From Atractiella rhizophila (taxonomy: Eukaryota), in assembly GCA_021432655.1 (NCBI GenBank), contig MU271216.1, positions 1 to 64,000 of the forward strand: a stretch of 64,000 nt of DNA. Reading direction: 5' to 3'. The translations under genes and the position numbers were made by a program. This document shows, one piece after another, positions 11,191-25,207 of the stretch (position 1 is the stretch's first letter; each line of letters opens with the position of its first letter). The notes beneath the pieces were generated by a model, which saw nothing but the letters and a program-made list of their open reading frames with translations, was not told the DNA's origin and made no database searches.

Positions 11191-14148
11191 TCACCATAAG
11201 AACTGGTGAGCTCTTCCTTCGTCCGTGAGTTTGTAGTATTTCTGAAGTGCTTCCTTCACAGCTGCTGCTTCCTCATCATCCTCGGCCATGATGAGGGTGT
11301 CGTCAACGTATAGCCCTACGAGTGCGTACTTTCCTGATTTCCCATCTCGTCTCGTATAGATTGTGGCTTCTGACATGCTTTGTGTGAATCTTAGACTTCT
11401 CAATTTTTCATTGACGTCTCCGTTCCAGACTCGTCCGCTCTGGTGGAGGCCATAGACACCTCTCGTCGCTCTTATCACCCAATCAGGATGTTCTGGGTCT
11501 TCCCAACCAGGAGGAGGTCGAAGATAGATGGGTTTATCGAGTTTCCCATAAAGGTATGCCGTTGATACTTCTACCATGTGTACTGGCCACTTATTCTTCG
11601 CTGCAATGGATAGGATAAGGCGAAACGAGTGCATGGAGAGGACTGGGGAGAATGTCTCATCGTAATCAACACCTTCGCGCTGTGTGTACCCTTTTGCAAC
11701 TACCCTTACACAATATCTGACAGTCTCTCCCCCTGGACCTAGCTTTTCCCTCAGCACCCATCGTGACCCAATCACATTCTCCCCCTTTGGCAGCGGTACC
11801 ATCTCTCCAACGTCCTTTTCCCTCCACGACTCCCTTTCCTCGTCAAAGGCAGCTTGCCATTCGTCGGCATTCGGACCAGCAACGGCCTCTTCGTATGTCG
11901 GAGTGAGGTTGCGAGGGGAGGAGGCGACTGTGATGCGAGCTACTGCATCTGATAAGGGTGAGTTGCCGAAGTACTTTGCTCTATTGTCTTTCTGAGCTTC
12001 TGCAGGTGTGCGCCGTGTGCGCTGTGGGCGTTCTGGAGGCGGCAGCGGTTCTGTTTTCGCTTTCGACGGCCCTTCGGTGGGTTTCTCCCCCTCATTCGGT
12101 TGTTCTCTTGTTACGACTGGAATTGACGTTGTTTCGGGAACAGGAGGGTCCGCTGGTTCGCTCGTTTGGACTTCAATAGGCTGTAGGAGTGTTGCGGGGT
12201 ACGTTTCATCGAATTGAACGTGTAGGTGCTTCGTTACTGATCCGTTCTTGGGATTATAGATCCTATACGTTTTGCTCTCCCAATCGTAACCGACCAACCT
12301 GCCCTCCGTCGATCGCGCATCGAGTTTCTGTCGGTTTGGCTCAGGAGGGATCAGACTGTGAGTCCTGCATCCCAATACTCGCAAGTGGTCCACTGATGGT
12401 TTCTTACCAGTCCAGGCCTCGTACGGCGTCTTTCCTTCAAGGGCAGAGGTTGGGTGCCGGTTGATGATGTGAATGGCGGCCATGGCGAGCTCCTCCCACA
12501 ACTTCTTGGGGAGGTCGGATGTGTGTAACGTGGAGCGGATGAGGGCGGCGATCGTGAGATTGAGGCGTTCGGCAACACCGTTCTGCTGGGGTGTGTAGGC
12601 AGCTGTGTGCTCGTGTTTGATGCCGTGCGACTTAAGGTATGTCTTGAACTCATTACTTGTATATTCGCCGCCGTTGTCTGATCTTATCGTTTTGATCTTC
12701 AGGCCGGTTTCGAGTTCGACTTTCGCTTTGAATTCCTTAAACGTGGAGAAGACATCAGACTTGTGCTTCAGTAAGTAAAGCCACTTTCTTCTTGTTGCAT
12801 CGTCTGTAAAGCTGAGCCAGTATTCAGCTCCTCCGAACGATTTGACGGGTGCAGGACCCCATACATCGGTGTGGATCAATTCGAGCTTCTCCTTTGCGCG
12901 TTTGGTGGGGCCGGAGGGGAATGGGAGTTTGCGTTGTTGACCAAGGAGGCAATCCGGTGCACGGTGAGTGGTGGTCCTCATCTCCTATCTCTAGTCCTCT
13001 GACCATTCCCTTTTCTTGCAACAGCTTGAGGCTCCTGCTCCCGATGTGACCTAAACGACAGTGCCAGACATGCGAGGAAGCTGGCTTTGCGGCACTCGGT
13101 GAGTTTTGAGCTTGCGCTTTCGTTCATGATTACTGACGCATCCAACCTTCGCAGTCCGCTTTCAGCGATGATTTCAGCGACCACAGTACCATCACCCTTC
13201 ACCACCTTCCCTTGCCTGTCCGCGGAGAATACAACATCGAAACCACGGTGTTCAACTTGTCGGTGGAGAGGAGGGCGCAGTCGATTTCGGGGTCATAAAG
13301 AGTGTTCAGTTATCTCGATTTCTCTTTCTACTCCTTTGACTTTTGTCAACACTTTGACAGATGCCAATTGCTTGTGTGACGATGCCGTGGGACGAGCGGA
13401 TGCGACGTGAGTGGGGCTTGAGTGAGGAGAACCAATCTGCGAAGGGCACGATGTGGTCCGTGGCAGCGGAATCGACATAGATCCCGTCACGGTGTGTCCC
13501 TTCCCCCGTAACCGTGTGGAAAGACTCTGAGATTTTGGCTTCTCCAGGCTTCTTTCTTCCTTCTCTCTTCTTCTTGCGGCAATCCTTCTCCCAATGTCCC
13601 TCGATGCCACAGTAGTGGCACTTTCCCCGCTTCTTCTCGCTCTTTGACTTCACTCCGCCACTCCCACCGTTCGGTTTGGTGAAGTGCTTTCCTCCTTGCC
13701 ATGTTTTCGTTACTAACGCTTCTGAGGTAGCCTTTGACTCAGGATTCCTACGGTCTGCTTCGAGCAGAAGACGGGAGGCGACGTATGATGATGTGAAGTC
13801 GGAGGTGGCAACGGTGTTGAAGGAGGAGACGACCTCGATCCAGGACTGTGGGAGTGAGATAAGTAGGAGCATGGCGATATCATCATCGTCAGTCTTGTCT
13901 CCCATCGCTTTCAACTCCTGTCCCATGGTTCTGATTCGGTTTACGTGCTCCTGCATAGATTCACCTTCAACATAACGTGCCGTGTAGAGCTTCTGGCGGA
14001 GCAGTACGCGCGCTTGTCGGTCCTGAGTAGAGCTCCTTGAGCTTGTCCCATGACTACTGCGGCTTGTCGGTCGCAGGCAGGCAGGGTCATATCGTACTGG
14101 CCAGGACATACGGTACGATATGTGTACTCGTACCCGTCCGGACTTCAA
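11191..14148 (-). mobile_element. Ty1/copia LTR retrotransposon internal region (gag-PR-INT-RT), frameshifted, truncated before RNase H, no LTRs seen
   Basis: Gag zinc knuckle CHYCGIEGHWEKDC; protease IYVDSAATDHI; WHCRLGHI; integrase LELIHTDVWGP...IRSDNGGEY...PQQNGVAER; RT KGYTQREGVDYDETFSPV...LYVDD; copia domain order. Confidence 0.95.
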
Positions 14149-15206
14149 TGGTACGGTACGTTACGGGACGACTCAGAGTGCCGTTCCGTCCGTTTTAGCC
14201 CGGTGGATACGTCGTATTACGGCGGCATTTGCTTTATGCTCAAAGAGTTTGTGATTGTGGGTGATATTAATCAATTTCTTCATAAGAACAGATGATGCAG
14301 CCTTCTCGACATCTTTAACTTTTAGTTTCCTAACTCAAAACCGCTCCAAATAGCCATTTCTAGCAAAGTGTGAAAATTTTGTCTGTATCACGTGATTTTA
14401 CCTCAACTATTGAGCGGATTTCCCTTTATCACCAGTAGTGACTAGCGTAGCCAAGCGTTAAATTTCAAACAAGTTTGTATTTCATACAAGTCAAAAAGGC
14501 CAATTCGGCAATATCAGGGCAATATCACTGCTATTGGCGAGTAATTTCAGCGAAGAAAATTAGCTTTGCACAACTTTGCACTATGGTTGTAGTCCGAGCA
14601 GACCCGTCGCCCAAGGGGTCGGAGACTGTCGGGGTTAAAACTGGTCGAAAACTGGTCGACCAGTTTGTGCTGCGGGGAAACTGGTCATGTCGGGCGCGCC
14701 GCGCGTCCGAGGCCACAAACATGGCCAAATCTTCCTTCGAAAGAAGAGAAGAGTTCTCAGAAGAAAGCATGAATGGAATGAGGAAAAGAAGGAAGAAGGA
14801 CGGACCCACAAACACTAAGCAAAGGCGGAGGAAAGGACTGGTGTAGTTGTGCAAGTCCTTTCCTCCTTCTTCCATCTACCCATCCGCCACGCTTTCCTTC
14901 CCCATCTTCTCATCCACCTAGCTTCCTCCGACATCCTCTATTCTCTGATCTGTGAGTGTGCTTCTGCAGCACGGCGAAAAGGTGAGCCTCTCTTGTTATG
15001 TCTCATTCCTTTCCTCTTTGCATGAATGTTGTACTAACAATTATCTCCCAGTATTTTCTGTTTCAGCTTGCTTCTCACCTTCCATCCACCAACTTCCACA
15101 GCCACTGCTCTCTTGTGCCCCGCCCCTCCTCATCGCATCCACTCTGTCCCACCCTTCACGCCTTCTCCCAGCAGAATACCAGCTCATTGGACCTTATTCA
15201 ATCGTC

Positions 15207-18200
15207 ATGTCTGCGCTTTCCTCCAACATCTTTGATCCCCCTGTCGTGAAGGCACTGTGCAAACAGGTGCTAGAGACCCACACTCGACAGAAGGCTGGGA
15301 ATAAGAAGGGAAACTGGCTTGTGGACTGGGAAACAATGTGGACAAGTCAATCAGTCAATGATACAGTGGAGAAATGGAAGAAAAATAAAAGTATTGTGGG
15401 AGAAGAGGGGCAACTATTCTTTGCTGCCCAAGTGTTAGAATATAGGAAAATTGTTAACCGAGTTCTTGACAGAGAGGTATGCTATTCTGTACTTATTTTA
15501 AAGTCTCTGGGTTACAAGTAAAATGTAGATTAACCAAGGAGCTATTCCCACTTGCTTTCCCCTCTATGGACCTCTTTTCATTCCTCCCACTGCCGATTAT
15601 GACCATTTACGGCGAAGAAACGTTTCTGACTGTCCGGAAAAATTTCTCGTTGAACCTCTCCTTGTCCTAACTCCTGAATACTTTCCTGGCTATAATATGG
15701 AGAAATGTCCGGTCAAAGGCTGCATGGCAAAAGTTGAAAAGCAGGGGCTGGCGCCAACTGGTTATCGCTCAGTTTATGGGCTATCATGCAATTTGAAAGC
15801 AATTGGTTGTTCTCTCAAATGTCAGACTCATGGCAAATGGAGCACAACCTCTCCTAACTTTTGGAGGAACTTTCAGCCATATGAATTAGGTATCGTGTAT
15901 TTTTTAAAATGATTTAATAAACACAAGACTAAGTTGCTTGCATAGATGGAATACCTTACTTCCGGGAGTCATCAGCTGTCACTCGAGAGCTGTTCAACTT
16001 TATTACAGAATTACGACCAAAGACTGATGTTGGCAAACTGGGAGAAGCAATTCAGCGTGCGTAACTACTGTCTTTGCTTAGAAAAAAAAACTTATACACT
16101 CTTTGTGTTTTGCAGAGCTACATTCGGAGCATGTCCAGCAGATTAAACGAGTTTGGCAACAGTACGCTATTGAAGAACAAATTCGTCACAAATGGCCTTC
16201 CGGCCCATTCAAGCCAATCTTGAAGCAGCTCCCAGCTGTTCTATCCAGAGCTGCCGATCCAACTATAAAAGCTGATGCAATTAATCCCTCTCCATCATCT
16301 GACCTCATCAAGACAATCTACGAACACTGGATAGAGTGTGAGCGTGGCCCAGAAAGCAACATGTATTTGAAGACCCTTACTGATATGTATTTTGGCTTAC
16401 CTTGGCCCTCTATCCTAATAAACCACCAGGTCTTTCGTTAGGCCTCGATGCAACCCTCAAGGTCGCAAAGAAGGCAAACATTTACACTACCGTGAAGGAG
16501 ACTGGTGGTCGTCAAAAAGTACAAGTTACAAATATTTTTGGTGGAGGATTGTTGACGATGGTAAATGAGGACCGAGAACTTGTGGGATACGTAAGTTATA
16601 AGGTTGCCGTCATCTGTAAATTCAAGGCCTAATGATAACAATCCAGGAATTTCTTGTTGGAAACTCACCGCTCGAGATGGGTCCACCACTTCAAGATTTT
16701 GCTCAACGTGCACGGCTCCTTGGAGTCGACTTTGAAGGTAGCGGGCAGGCATGTGTTGACCTCTGCTGTCAACATAGGAACAGTATCCTTCTCTATGTGC
16801 CCGAACTCTGGATTGGTCAGGATCTAGCTCATCTCGAAATGCGTGTCTTTGAAACAATTCCTCATATCAATCCGGCACGAGCAGATTTCGTTGTGGCATT
16901 TCGAGACGCAATCTTGAAGAAGAAGGCAGACTTGCACGGTGAGGTTGCTGAGTATTATTCAGTTGAAGAAAGCTTGGAGCGGCTTACGAAAGTTGAAGAC
17001 AAGTTCAAGAAGAATCCTGATCTTTGGAACAAGTGCTGTGCCACATTCGAGCTTCAAAAAGGCCACATTGCGAAGGGATGCCTTATTCCAAAGCATCAGC
17101 AACTCCCGTTTACAACATCAAATAATGAAAACTGGCATAATGCAGCTGGCGAGCCATTTCGTGGATCGGCTTCTTCTCTTACAACTGTTCTGAGTGTCCT
17201 TCCCGATATCTTCTTACGCAAAAACCTCCTTGCCAAAATTAAGAACCGCTCTCAGCCAGCTGACTCACCATCACGAGCATTTCGGAAGAAGGTTATTGAG
17301 GCTGGTACCCACCACATCTTTCTTGTGGATCGGAATCTTCGCCTGGAAGAAATCTTATACTCTTCAAGCCAGCCTAAACTGCTGGACGTGTCTTCGAAGC
17401 ACGAGTTTGGATAAGCATGAAAAGCAGTATGTTTTCTGTATATGCTACTGGGAGTAGTACATTTATTGATATTCCATGAGTTTAGATTTACAGGAGTTGA
17501 CCTGAAAGGAGCTTCTCCAAACTCTCAAACCAGATGATATTGAACACCCCGAAGTGATTGTTATGGCTGTTATGAATGGAACGGTTGTCATGAATGGTGA
17601 GCTTCCTGTGGACTCTGATGTTGAAATGGAGGTGTTTCTGAAGGCTGTAAGTCTTCTCTTTCCCAGTCTTCTCAACATGAGAATATATTCATATTGAGCT
17701 GTTATAGAAACCTGAGAACACTCCTTTACAACATTCTGCGATCAGTTCATCTTGCTTGCCAGAAAAGCGCACGGCAACCCAATTGGACAGTGAGGATGAT
17801 GCCACTACTACGCTCGCCATCTCCTCCAAACGCCCTCATCTAAATCGAGAACTTTTGGAGCCAGATATCAAGCCACCTCCGCTACCTTCTTTTTGGAACT
17901 TTATAAAATCGAACCAGTCCCCATCTTCCACAAGTATGGATGTGGAAGCACAACCACCACCAGTTCCTCTGCCTACGAATGTCTCCCAATCTCGAACGTC
18001 ACAGACCTTTACTTCGGCAACAGGCACTTCGTTTGCAGATTATCAGGAGAAGAGTACAATTCAAATGTACTCTGATGCCTTCTGGAAGCTTGCAGCCTGC
18101 CGACTCCAGTTCAAAGCTACTTCTTCAATGACGGAGAAGCAGCTGAAGTTGTTTGCTGAGAACTATAATAACCCCCAGCTTATCTTGAACCCTGCGTATT

Positions 18201-18834
18201 ACAATGCAGAGAACGGTGTTCCGAAAGACAAAATCATTCGCGATGGTTTGGTGCTCAAAAACGGATTATTTGCAATCGAGAAGGAGGTTGCTAGTTGTAT
18301 TCAGAGAGTAGCCAGAGGAGACTGTGAGTTTGAACGCTTTTATTGACAAGAAAAGGAATTTACTAATAGTGTTGAGCAGCCATCAAGCCATTCTGGAAAC
18401 TTCAAACGACACTCCCTCCACCAGTGAAAGTGACATACATGAAGCCAACAAAGAAGGGCAACCTTGGAGCTGTAAAGACTTGTGGTCGATGCAAGAAGCA
18501 AAAGGATGGGTATGGTGAGAAGAATACAAACAACCACAAGCGCGATGTCTGTGACGACAACTTTATGCATTGGTCCAAAGTTCCGTACCCACTGCCCAAG
18601 ACCAACCTATGCAATGTCCCACTCTGCAAGAATATGTTGGGGAAGTGGAGCATAGACGAGAATGCGGTAAAGAAGTTTTTCACGGATATCAAGGATGGGA
18701 AAGTGCCAGATGTTGATCAATCGGTGGAGATGGTCAACATGCGAGTTTTTATGGCAATGACATGGGTAGAGGAAAAGATGGACTGGGTTTTGACAAAAGA
18801 AAGGTTGCATATTGAAGCAGGGAAAAGAAAGTAG
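15207..18834 (+). pseudogene. Multi-intron DDE-type transposase (DUF6729-like N-terminal Cys domain, C-terminal CxxC...H...C motif), nearly intact
   Basis: In-phase GT-AG introns at 15477-15528 and 15890-15945 join the exons. Motifs are CPVKGC...YRSVYG...LKCQTH, LGLDATLK, ACVDLCC, QDLAH, TTSNNENWH, KTCGRCKK...NHKRDVCDD. One donor (~16383) reads AT instead of GT and there is an apparent frameshift near 17412. Confidence 0.72.
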
Positions 18835-19120
18835 TGGTTCACTTAGTGAGTAGTCAGATGCGAATGGATATCTTTTGTGATTTTCAGTCTGGGACAAATA
18901 ATGTACTAGCCTCCACTTTTGAAATTTTTATAAAGATCACGTCAACTATTCTAAAGCAAAGGCAAATTTTGAGCTTTTATCTGATCAATACAGCTGCAGT
19001 TGCAAGAGGACTGAATGCACTGTTGCGGAGTCAGACAATGTAAATATAATGTGAGTTGATGCTCTGCTTTGTTAATATCCCCTCAATGCTAATAATCTTT
19101 ATACATCGTGATAGCTAGCT

Positions 19121-19735
19121 CTCAGGCCTCGCATTCGATGTACTCACGCCTGAGATACGATGGATAATGGCGAAGTAATATGGAATCATATGTTTGACAT
19201 ATATAGGGTGTGTATTTTTTCCTTCGCTTTTTTTTTGATGTTTGCTCACTCTTATTACGCATTATACGTCGTAATATCTAGCCCCCAAGCCCATCGCTCC
19301 TCGCCCTCACGTCTAAAATACAATGGATAATAGCGAAGCAATGAGGAATTGCGTTTTTTGATGTTTACGAAGTGCGTGTTTTGTCCTCCGCTTTTTTTTA
19401 ATGTTCACTCGTTCTCAATATACATTATACGTCGTTGAAGCTACGTCTTAGGCCTCCCATTCGTGCTACTCACGTCTAAAATACGATGGATAATGGCGAA
19501 GCAATGAGGAGTTGCGTTTTTGATGTATATGAGGTGCGTATTTTGTCCTCCGCTTTTTTTAATATTCGCTCGTTCTCAATACACATTATACGTCGTTGAA
19601 GATACATCTCAGGCCTCCCATTCGCGCTACTCACGTCTAAAATACGATGGATAATGGCGAAGCAATGAGGAATTGCATTTTTTGATGTATATGAAGTGCG
19701 TGTTTTGTCCTCCGCTTTTTTTAATGTTCACTCAT
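19121..19735. repeat. Tandem array, about 4 x 161-163 bp, in the 3' subterminal region of the TIR element
   Basis: ATGGATAAT recurs at 19160, 19323, 19486 and 19647 with co-linear flanks. Confidence 0.92.
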
Positions 19736-21654
19736 CGTTATTACATGTTATACAGGGCAACAACAGCATCATATACGTTGTGTTCAAGCGACTTAATAGG
19801 AAAACACTTTGGGTATTGATGTCGGAAGGTGCGATTACATTTCAAGTTTCAACATACCCATATCTTTATTTATTTATTTTTCTTTTGCTTCAGAGACAGA
19901 CACATTCCTTTTCATAGACACTGGATCATTCTAAATTATGTCCATGATGAAGCATTAATCATTACTACGTTTTTGCATTCCATAATATTCGATGGCGACC
20001 ACTTTTGTGTTTGCAGCCCGATGTGGCGCAAATCTCCCCGAAATTGAGCGCAAAACCCTCGTGGCAAACTAGTCGCCCCGGGGGGGTTGCGAAGGCGGCC
20101 GGAGGCCGCCAGCCCAAAAGAGTTTTGCGCTTTAGTTTTGTCAAGATTTGCGGTCAAAACTGGCCGACCAGTTTTAACTCCGACACACTCCGACCCTTGG
20201 GGCGACGGGTCTGCTCTAACTCCAGTCCATTAACCCCTGAGGGCAATTTCTAAGTCTATTTTCCCAACCTTTCCCATCGATGTCACGCACTCCATATTTT
20301 GTTTCTCCACCTTGCTGGATCCGACAGGTCTTACAGAGTGTTTGGGGATGGCAAGGTGCTTTTAAATCTCATTTACCTCCTCATTTTTTTTACGGCTCTG
20401 CATCCAATGGACATAATCAAGCTGCCAATCCAAGTCTCGACGGGCAGAGGAAGTCGCTCTCGCCGCCTCCCACACCGCACATCGAGCAGCAGAACGGCCT
20501 GCAGCAGGGACCTTGTACGTGCGCATCTCTGTTGGAACAACAGCGTTTCGTTGGTAACTTGAGAGAGAAATAAGTATGGGAGAAGTGAATTCTGGAGAAG
20601 TGAATTTGGTTGTGAAAAGGTAGAGTAACTGCAATGAGAGAGGGAGAAGTCAATATGAAGAGCATAACCTTGCATAAGGGATTGATGAATTAGGAGAGAT
20701 GTCTCCAAAATAAGAATCGGAGAACTAGATGGAATAAAGACTGACCTCGAGGAAGAGGGAAGGATTCATATTAGGGTCAATGTCTAATGTCTGGTCCTGT
20801 TTTGATGACCAGGCATCTTTCACCAGGTCCTTCCTAGACTTCGTAGTATCCCCAATACGTTGAGTGCCAGCGGTGCTTGAATTTTCGATAGGGCTGCTGA
20901 TTCTACGGCGCTTGCACTCAGGAGGCCAGGTCAAAAAGAACATGTTTATTCTGAATAGGAATGGAATTGGAACCAGATGCGATAGGAGGAGCTGGGTGGG
21001 CAGAAATGGAGGGAAGCAAAGAAGAGGCAGAAGATGTGACTGGAGGATGGCCAGAAGAGGAGGAAATTTGGCGGAGAGCTTGACGTTCAGATTCTAGGGA
21101 TGCAATCCTCGTGAGTGCAGCTTGAAGAGAAGTGTTCTTAGCTGTAGATGCTGCTTTTGCAAGCTCAATCTCACACTTTCCAAAATGGCAAACATAATCC
21201 CGTGTGAGAATGAGACATGAGAAGTAGCGACCTTGCAGGAGTACGATAAGATCAAGTGTCTTTGAGGGTGGGAGACTGTTACATTGACGGATCCAGTGTT
21301 CTCGATCTTCGCTGGAATCAATGAATTTAGATGCAGACCGTAGAGTATTAAAAAATTTATGAGTACTAGTGAGGTTCCCTGGATCCTCCAAGCGTGGTAA
21401 GCCCAAGATCATTGGTAAAATTGGGATGAGAAGCGAAGTATGATTTGACTAAACCGCCAAAGCTTCTCTGACCATTGGAGGTGGGGCATCCATTGAGAAC
21501 CTCCAGATCCAGGGAAACTTCACTGCTGAGTGACGCTTTGCTTTTGCCTTTATCTCTAGGCGGTATCAAAGGATCAGTATTGGCATCAGAGAAAGGGTTC
21601 TCCGGGTGAGGTACAGATGCAGAAGGAGTGATTGTTGCCTTGGTCTGCGAGAAA

Positions 21655-24600
21655 TATGCAGACAGTTCGCACAAATCTATATACTCTGAAGAGCAGATTC
21701 GACAAAGAGTAGAGACTGTTGGACAGCACAAACTCAAGGAAGGGACTTTGAGGAAGTTACAAGGAATGATGTGTCAAGTCAATCCCTGGCCAGAAATTTA
21801 TAAAACAGCAAGAGAGCGCGATAATCCGATTTTGAACCTCCACCTTCGAACTATTGATCCTACTGATCGGACCCTCGACGATATAATAGGCCAACAGGTC
21901 ATGGCATAGGAGAAATTGCAGTGCTTCTCATAGGCAAACAGTCAGGAGCTACAGCAGGTATCACAAGGGACATTGTAGTTAAATTTCGATGTCCCAATGG
22001 TCAGAATTTCTTTGAGAGAGTTAGTGATCAGAATGCCAACTATCTTCCTCTATGCTTCCCACTTTTGTTCCCCTATGGCGAGCAAGGTTGGCACGCATAC
22101 AACCCCATCAGTCGTGGAGATCTGCTTCAATGGGGTCCATGAGAGGAATATCGAAACGATTGAAGGACGAATAGTTGGTAATATGGGGAAACAGAAACAT
22201 GTTACTTAGATGAACGTTTACTCTTACCTACTTCACCTAAAGAAGGACACACTCTCTCTAATTCACCATGGTGGCCGGCTGTTTCAACAATTGGTTTGTG
22301 ATGCTTATGCTCAGATAGAAAGTGGACGATTGAGGTTCCTGAGGTACAACCAAGAACTTCTCCGAACTGAGTCTTATGCTGGACTTGGCGATGCATTAGA
22401 AGATGGTTGAGATGCTGCAGATGTTGGGAAGCGGACCATTCTACCATCGTCACACACAGGAAGTCCCCACCAGATGAACCAGCAATTCCAAGATGCTATG
22501 GCGATTATTGGGAACCGAGGTTCACCTGCTATCTTCACAACTTTCACTTGCAATCCACGGTGGCCAGAAATCATAGAAGCTCTACTTCTTGGACAAACAG
22601 CTGGTGATCGATCAGACTTGGTCTCTAGAGTTTTCAACACAAAGGTGAATGCTTACATGCAGGACATCAAGGATAACTCAATCTTTAGACAGTCGCTCAG
22701 CTTTGTCTGGGTGATTGAATTTCAGAAACGTGGTCTCCCCCATGCTCACATCCTCATCATCCTCAATCCTGAAGATACCATCAGGGATGTCGAGGCGATC
22801 GACTGCATAGTATCTGCCAAATTTGCCTGACAACAACACCTACCCTGAATTGTTTGAGATTGTCTGCAATCATATGCTTCATGGACCCTGTGGAGACATC
22901 AACCATGATAGATGATCCTATGATCCTAAAAATCCTGGAAGAAATATCTGTGGCAAAGGGTTTCCGAAGCCATTCGTAGAAGAAACAGGCATCAATGAGG
23001 ATGGCTATCCCACCTATCGCCGCCATAACAATGGATGTACCTTTCAGAAATGACGGAATGGATTCATTTATGACAATCGATGGGTCATGCCATTTAATGC
23101 TTCGGTCTTTTGTCAGTTCACAGCTTATATCAATGTGGAACTCTGTAGATGTATTTGAACAGGTATTTGACTGATTTGATGGAGATGCAAAGGAAATGAT
23201 CGGGCACAAGCTGTCCTTCATAGCGCCTGAGGTGACGTTAGTGTGGTGGATGGGATTCAAGAAGGACTTGGATGCTAGATTCATTGGATCTTCTGAACTT
23301 AGAACTACTCTGAGATGATGTTAGGGCTTATTTGATACAATTTTACAGCCTGTTACCGGATTTTCCACTTTACTTTACACCAGCATTTTCCTATGGATAT
23401 TCGCTTGGCAGTACACATCCCTGATCGGCATTCTGTGATCTTTAATCCTCAGGATGAGTTCTTGGGTGACGTTCTCGGCAGGAACAACATTTGCCAAAAC
23501 AATGTTGATGGAGTTCTTCACCTACTGTCAGGAAAACCCCAGCATTACTAAAGACCTTACCTGTCCTAAGGCCCCTCAATTCCTTACCTGGAAGTCAGGC
23601 TCATGCTCTAGGAAAATCCGGGAGAAACAAGAAGCTATCGGCCGTATTTACTATGTTGTGCCGTCACAAGGGGAGTTATTCTATCTCCGAATCCCTCTGC
23701 ATCAGGCCGCCAGTCCGAAATCTTTTGAGGATATCCGAACAGTAGAGGGAACTGTCTATGAGACTTTCAAGGGTACATGTGTGGCTCTTTGGCTATTAGA
23801 AAGTGACGAAGAATGGGATTATTGTCTCAATGAAGCCAGCACCGTCAAGAATGGCTTTGCAATGCGATCTCTGTTTGTCTACATCCTGCTATTCGGAGTC
23901 GCCAGCGAACCCAGAAGATTATGGGACAACCATCATGAGCAACTCAGTGACGATTGTAAACACCTTCTATGGACAAAATATGGTGTACACGATCCAAGGA
24001 ATGAGCAAATTATCAGCCTCTATCTCCTCAAAATTGAAGATCTCCTCCAGGCTCATGGTAAATCCCTAAGTGACTTTGGACTACCACAACCCGCAGAGCG
24101 ACTACAAAGATGGGGAGGCGAGACAAGGATTATTGGGGAAGAACTTGCATATGATCGACCACTACTTCATGCACATATTCAGACAGAGTTACTGTTATGA
24201 AATCTGGACCAATGTCATGCTTATGACATGGTTATAGAAGCATGGCAAAGTGGAAATGGTGGATTATTTTTTATCAATGGGCCAGGAGGGACTAGAAAGA
24301 CTTTTGTTGAAAACCTATTACTCGCCACGGTGCGTTCAGCGGGGAAAATTGCGCTGGCAGTGGCCTCTTCCGGTATTGCCGCTATTCTGCTGGAAGGTGG
24401 ACGAACTGCCCATACTCGCTTCCGGATCCCATCGGATATTGAAGCTGATTCCGTCTGCGGTGTTCCGGCTCAAAGTGATCACGGTCAACTTTGTCGAGAG
24501 GCAGAATTGATAATTTGGGACAAAGTGGGAATGAGTCATCGATGGTGCTTTGAAGCAGTTGACCAGATGCTGAGAGATATACATAAGGTGGATGTGCCTT

Positions 24601-25207
24601 TCGGTGGAGTTATTTTGGTTCTTGGTGGTAAGTGAATCAAGTCAAAGAGTTTATGTCTGATAAATAATTAGGCGACATGCAACAATGCCTCTCAGTCATC
24701 TCCAAAGCTTCACATGCGCAGATCGTCGATGCATGTGTCATCAACAGTCCCTTTTGGCCAGCAGTTCGAGTCCTCCCACTCACAGTAAATATGCGCCTGC
24801 TCCGTTGTCTGGCCGAAATGAGTAGCCGAGACTTTGCTATTGCCTCTGGCTTTGCTGGGTGGTTGTTGTCAGTTGGTAATGGCGCAACAGATAACCAGGA
24901 CGACTGTGGCCGTGGTCCATTGACTATGAAGGACCAAACAATAGTCTGGCGATCCCGTGGTCTGGACGGTCTCCTGACTGACATCTACCCTGGACTGAGC
25001 CCATAACACAAGATGTCAACCCAGTCGAGTTGAGGCAATACTTTCAAGAGCGCATGGTCCTTATAGCCCAGAATGTTGATGTTGACATGATAAACGATCA
25101 GCTTATTCGACAATTTGTCTCACGATAGGAACGTATCTACCTTAGTGCTGACCGATTGATGGACGACAGCGAGAACATTCAACAAGGCTTCATAGTTGAA
25201 TACCTAG
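21655..25207 (+). mobile_element. Degenerate Helitron RepHel (HUH Rep plus PIF1 helicase), truncated at both ends
   Basis: FAQIYI; GRLFQQLVCDAYAQIE; ILPSSHTGSP..MNQQFQDAMAI; FTTFTCNPRWPEI; VIEFQKRGLPHAHIL (HUH); FFINGPGGTRKTF (degenerate Walker A); AVASSGIAAILLEGGRTAH; many stops and frameshifts. Confidence 0.95.

Larger units (their letters stand above)
14596..20216 (+). mobile_element. 5.6-kb TIR DNA transposon with GAG...CTC termini and ~55-bp imperfect TIRs
   Basis: Left end GAGCAGACCCGTCGCCCAAGGGGTCGGAG..GTCGG.GTTAAAACTGGTCG; right end CGACCAGTTTTAACTCCGAC..ACTCCGACCCTTGGGGCGACGGGTCTGCTC. It encloses a transposase-like gene and has a second copy at 1-579. No TSD evident. Confidence 0.88.

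Noticed and set aside
14148..14595. Possible 5' LTR of the copia element
   Set aside because: No matching direct repeat near 11190 and no clear TG...CA boundaries or PBS.
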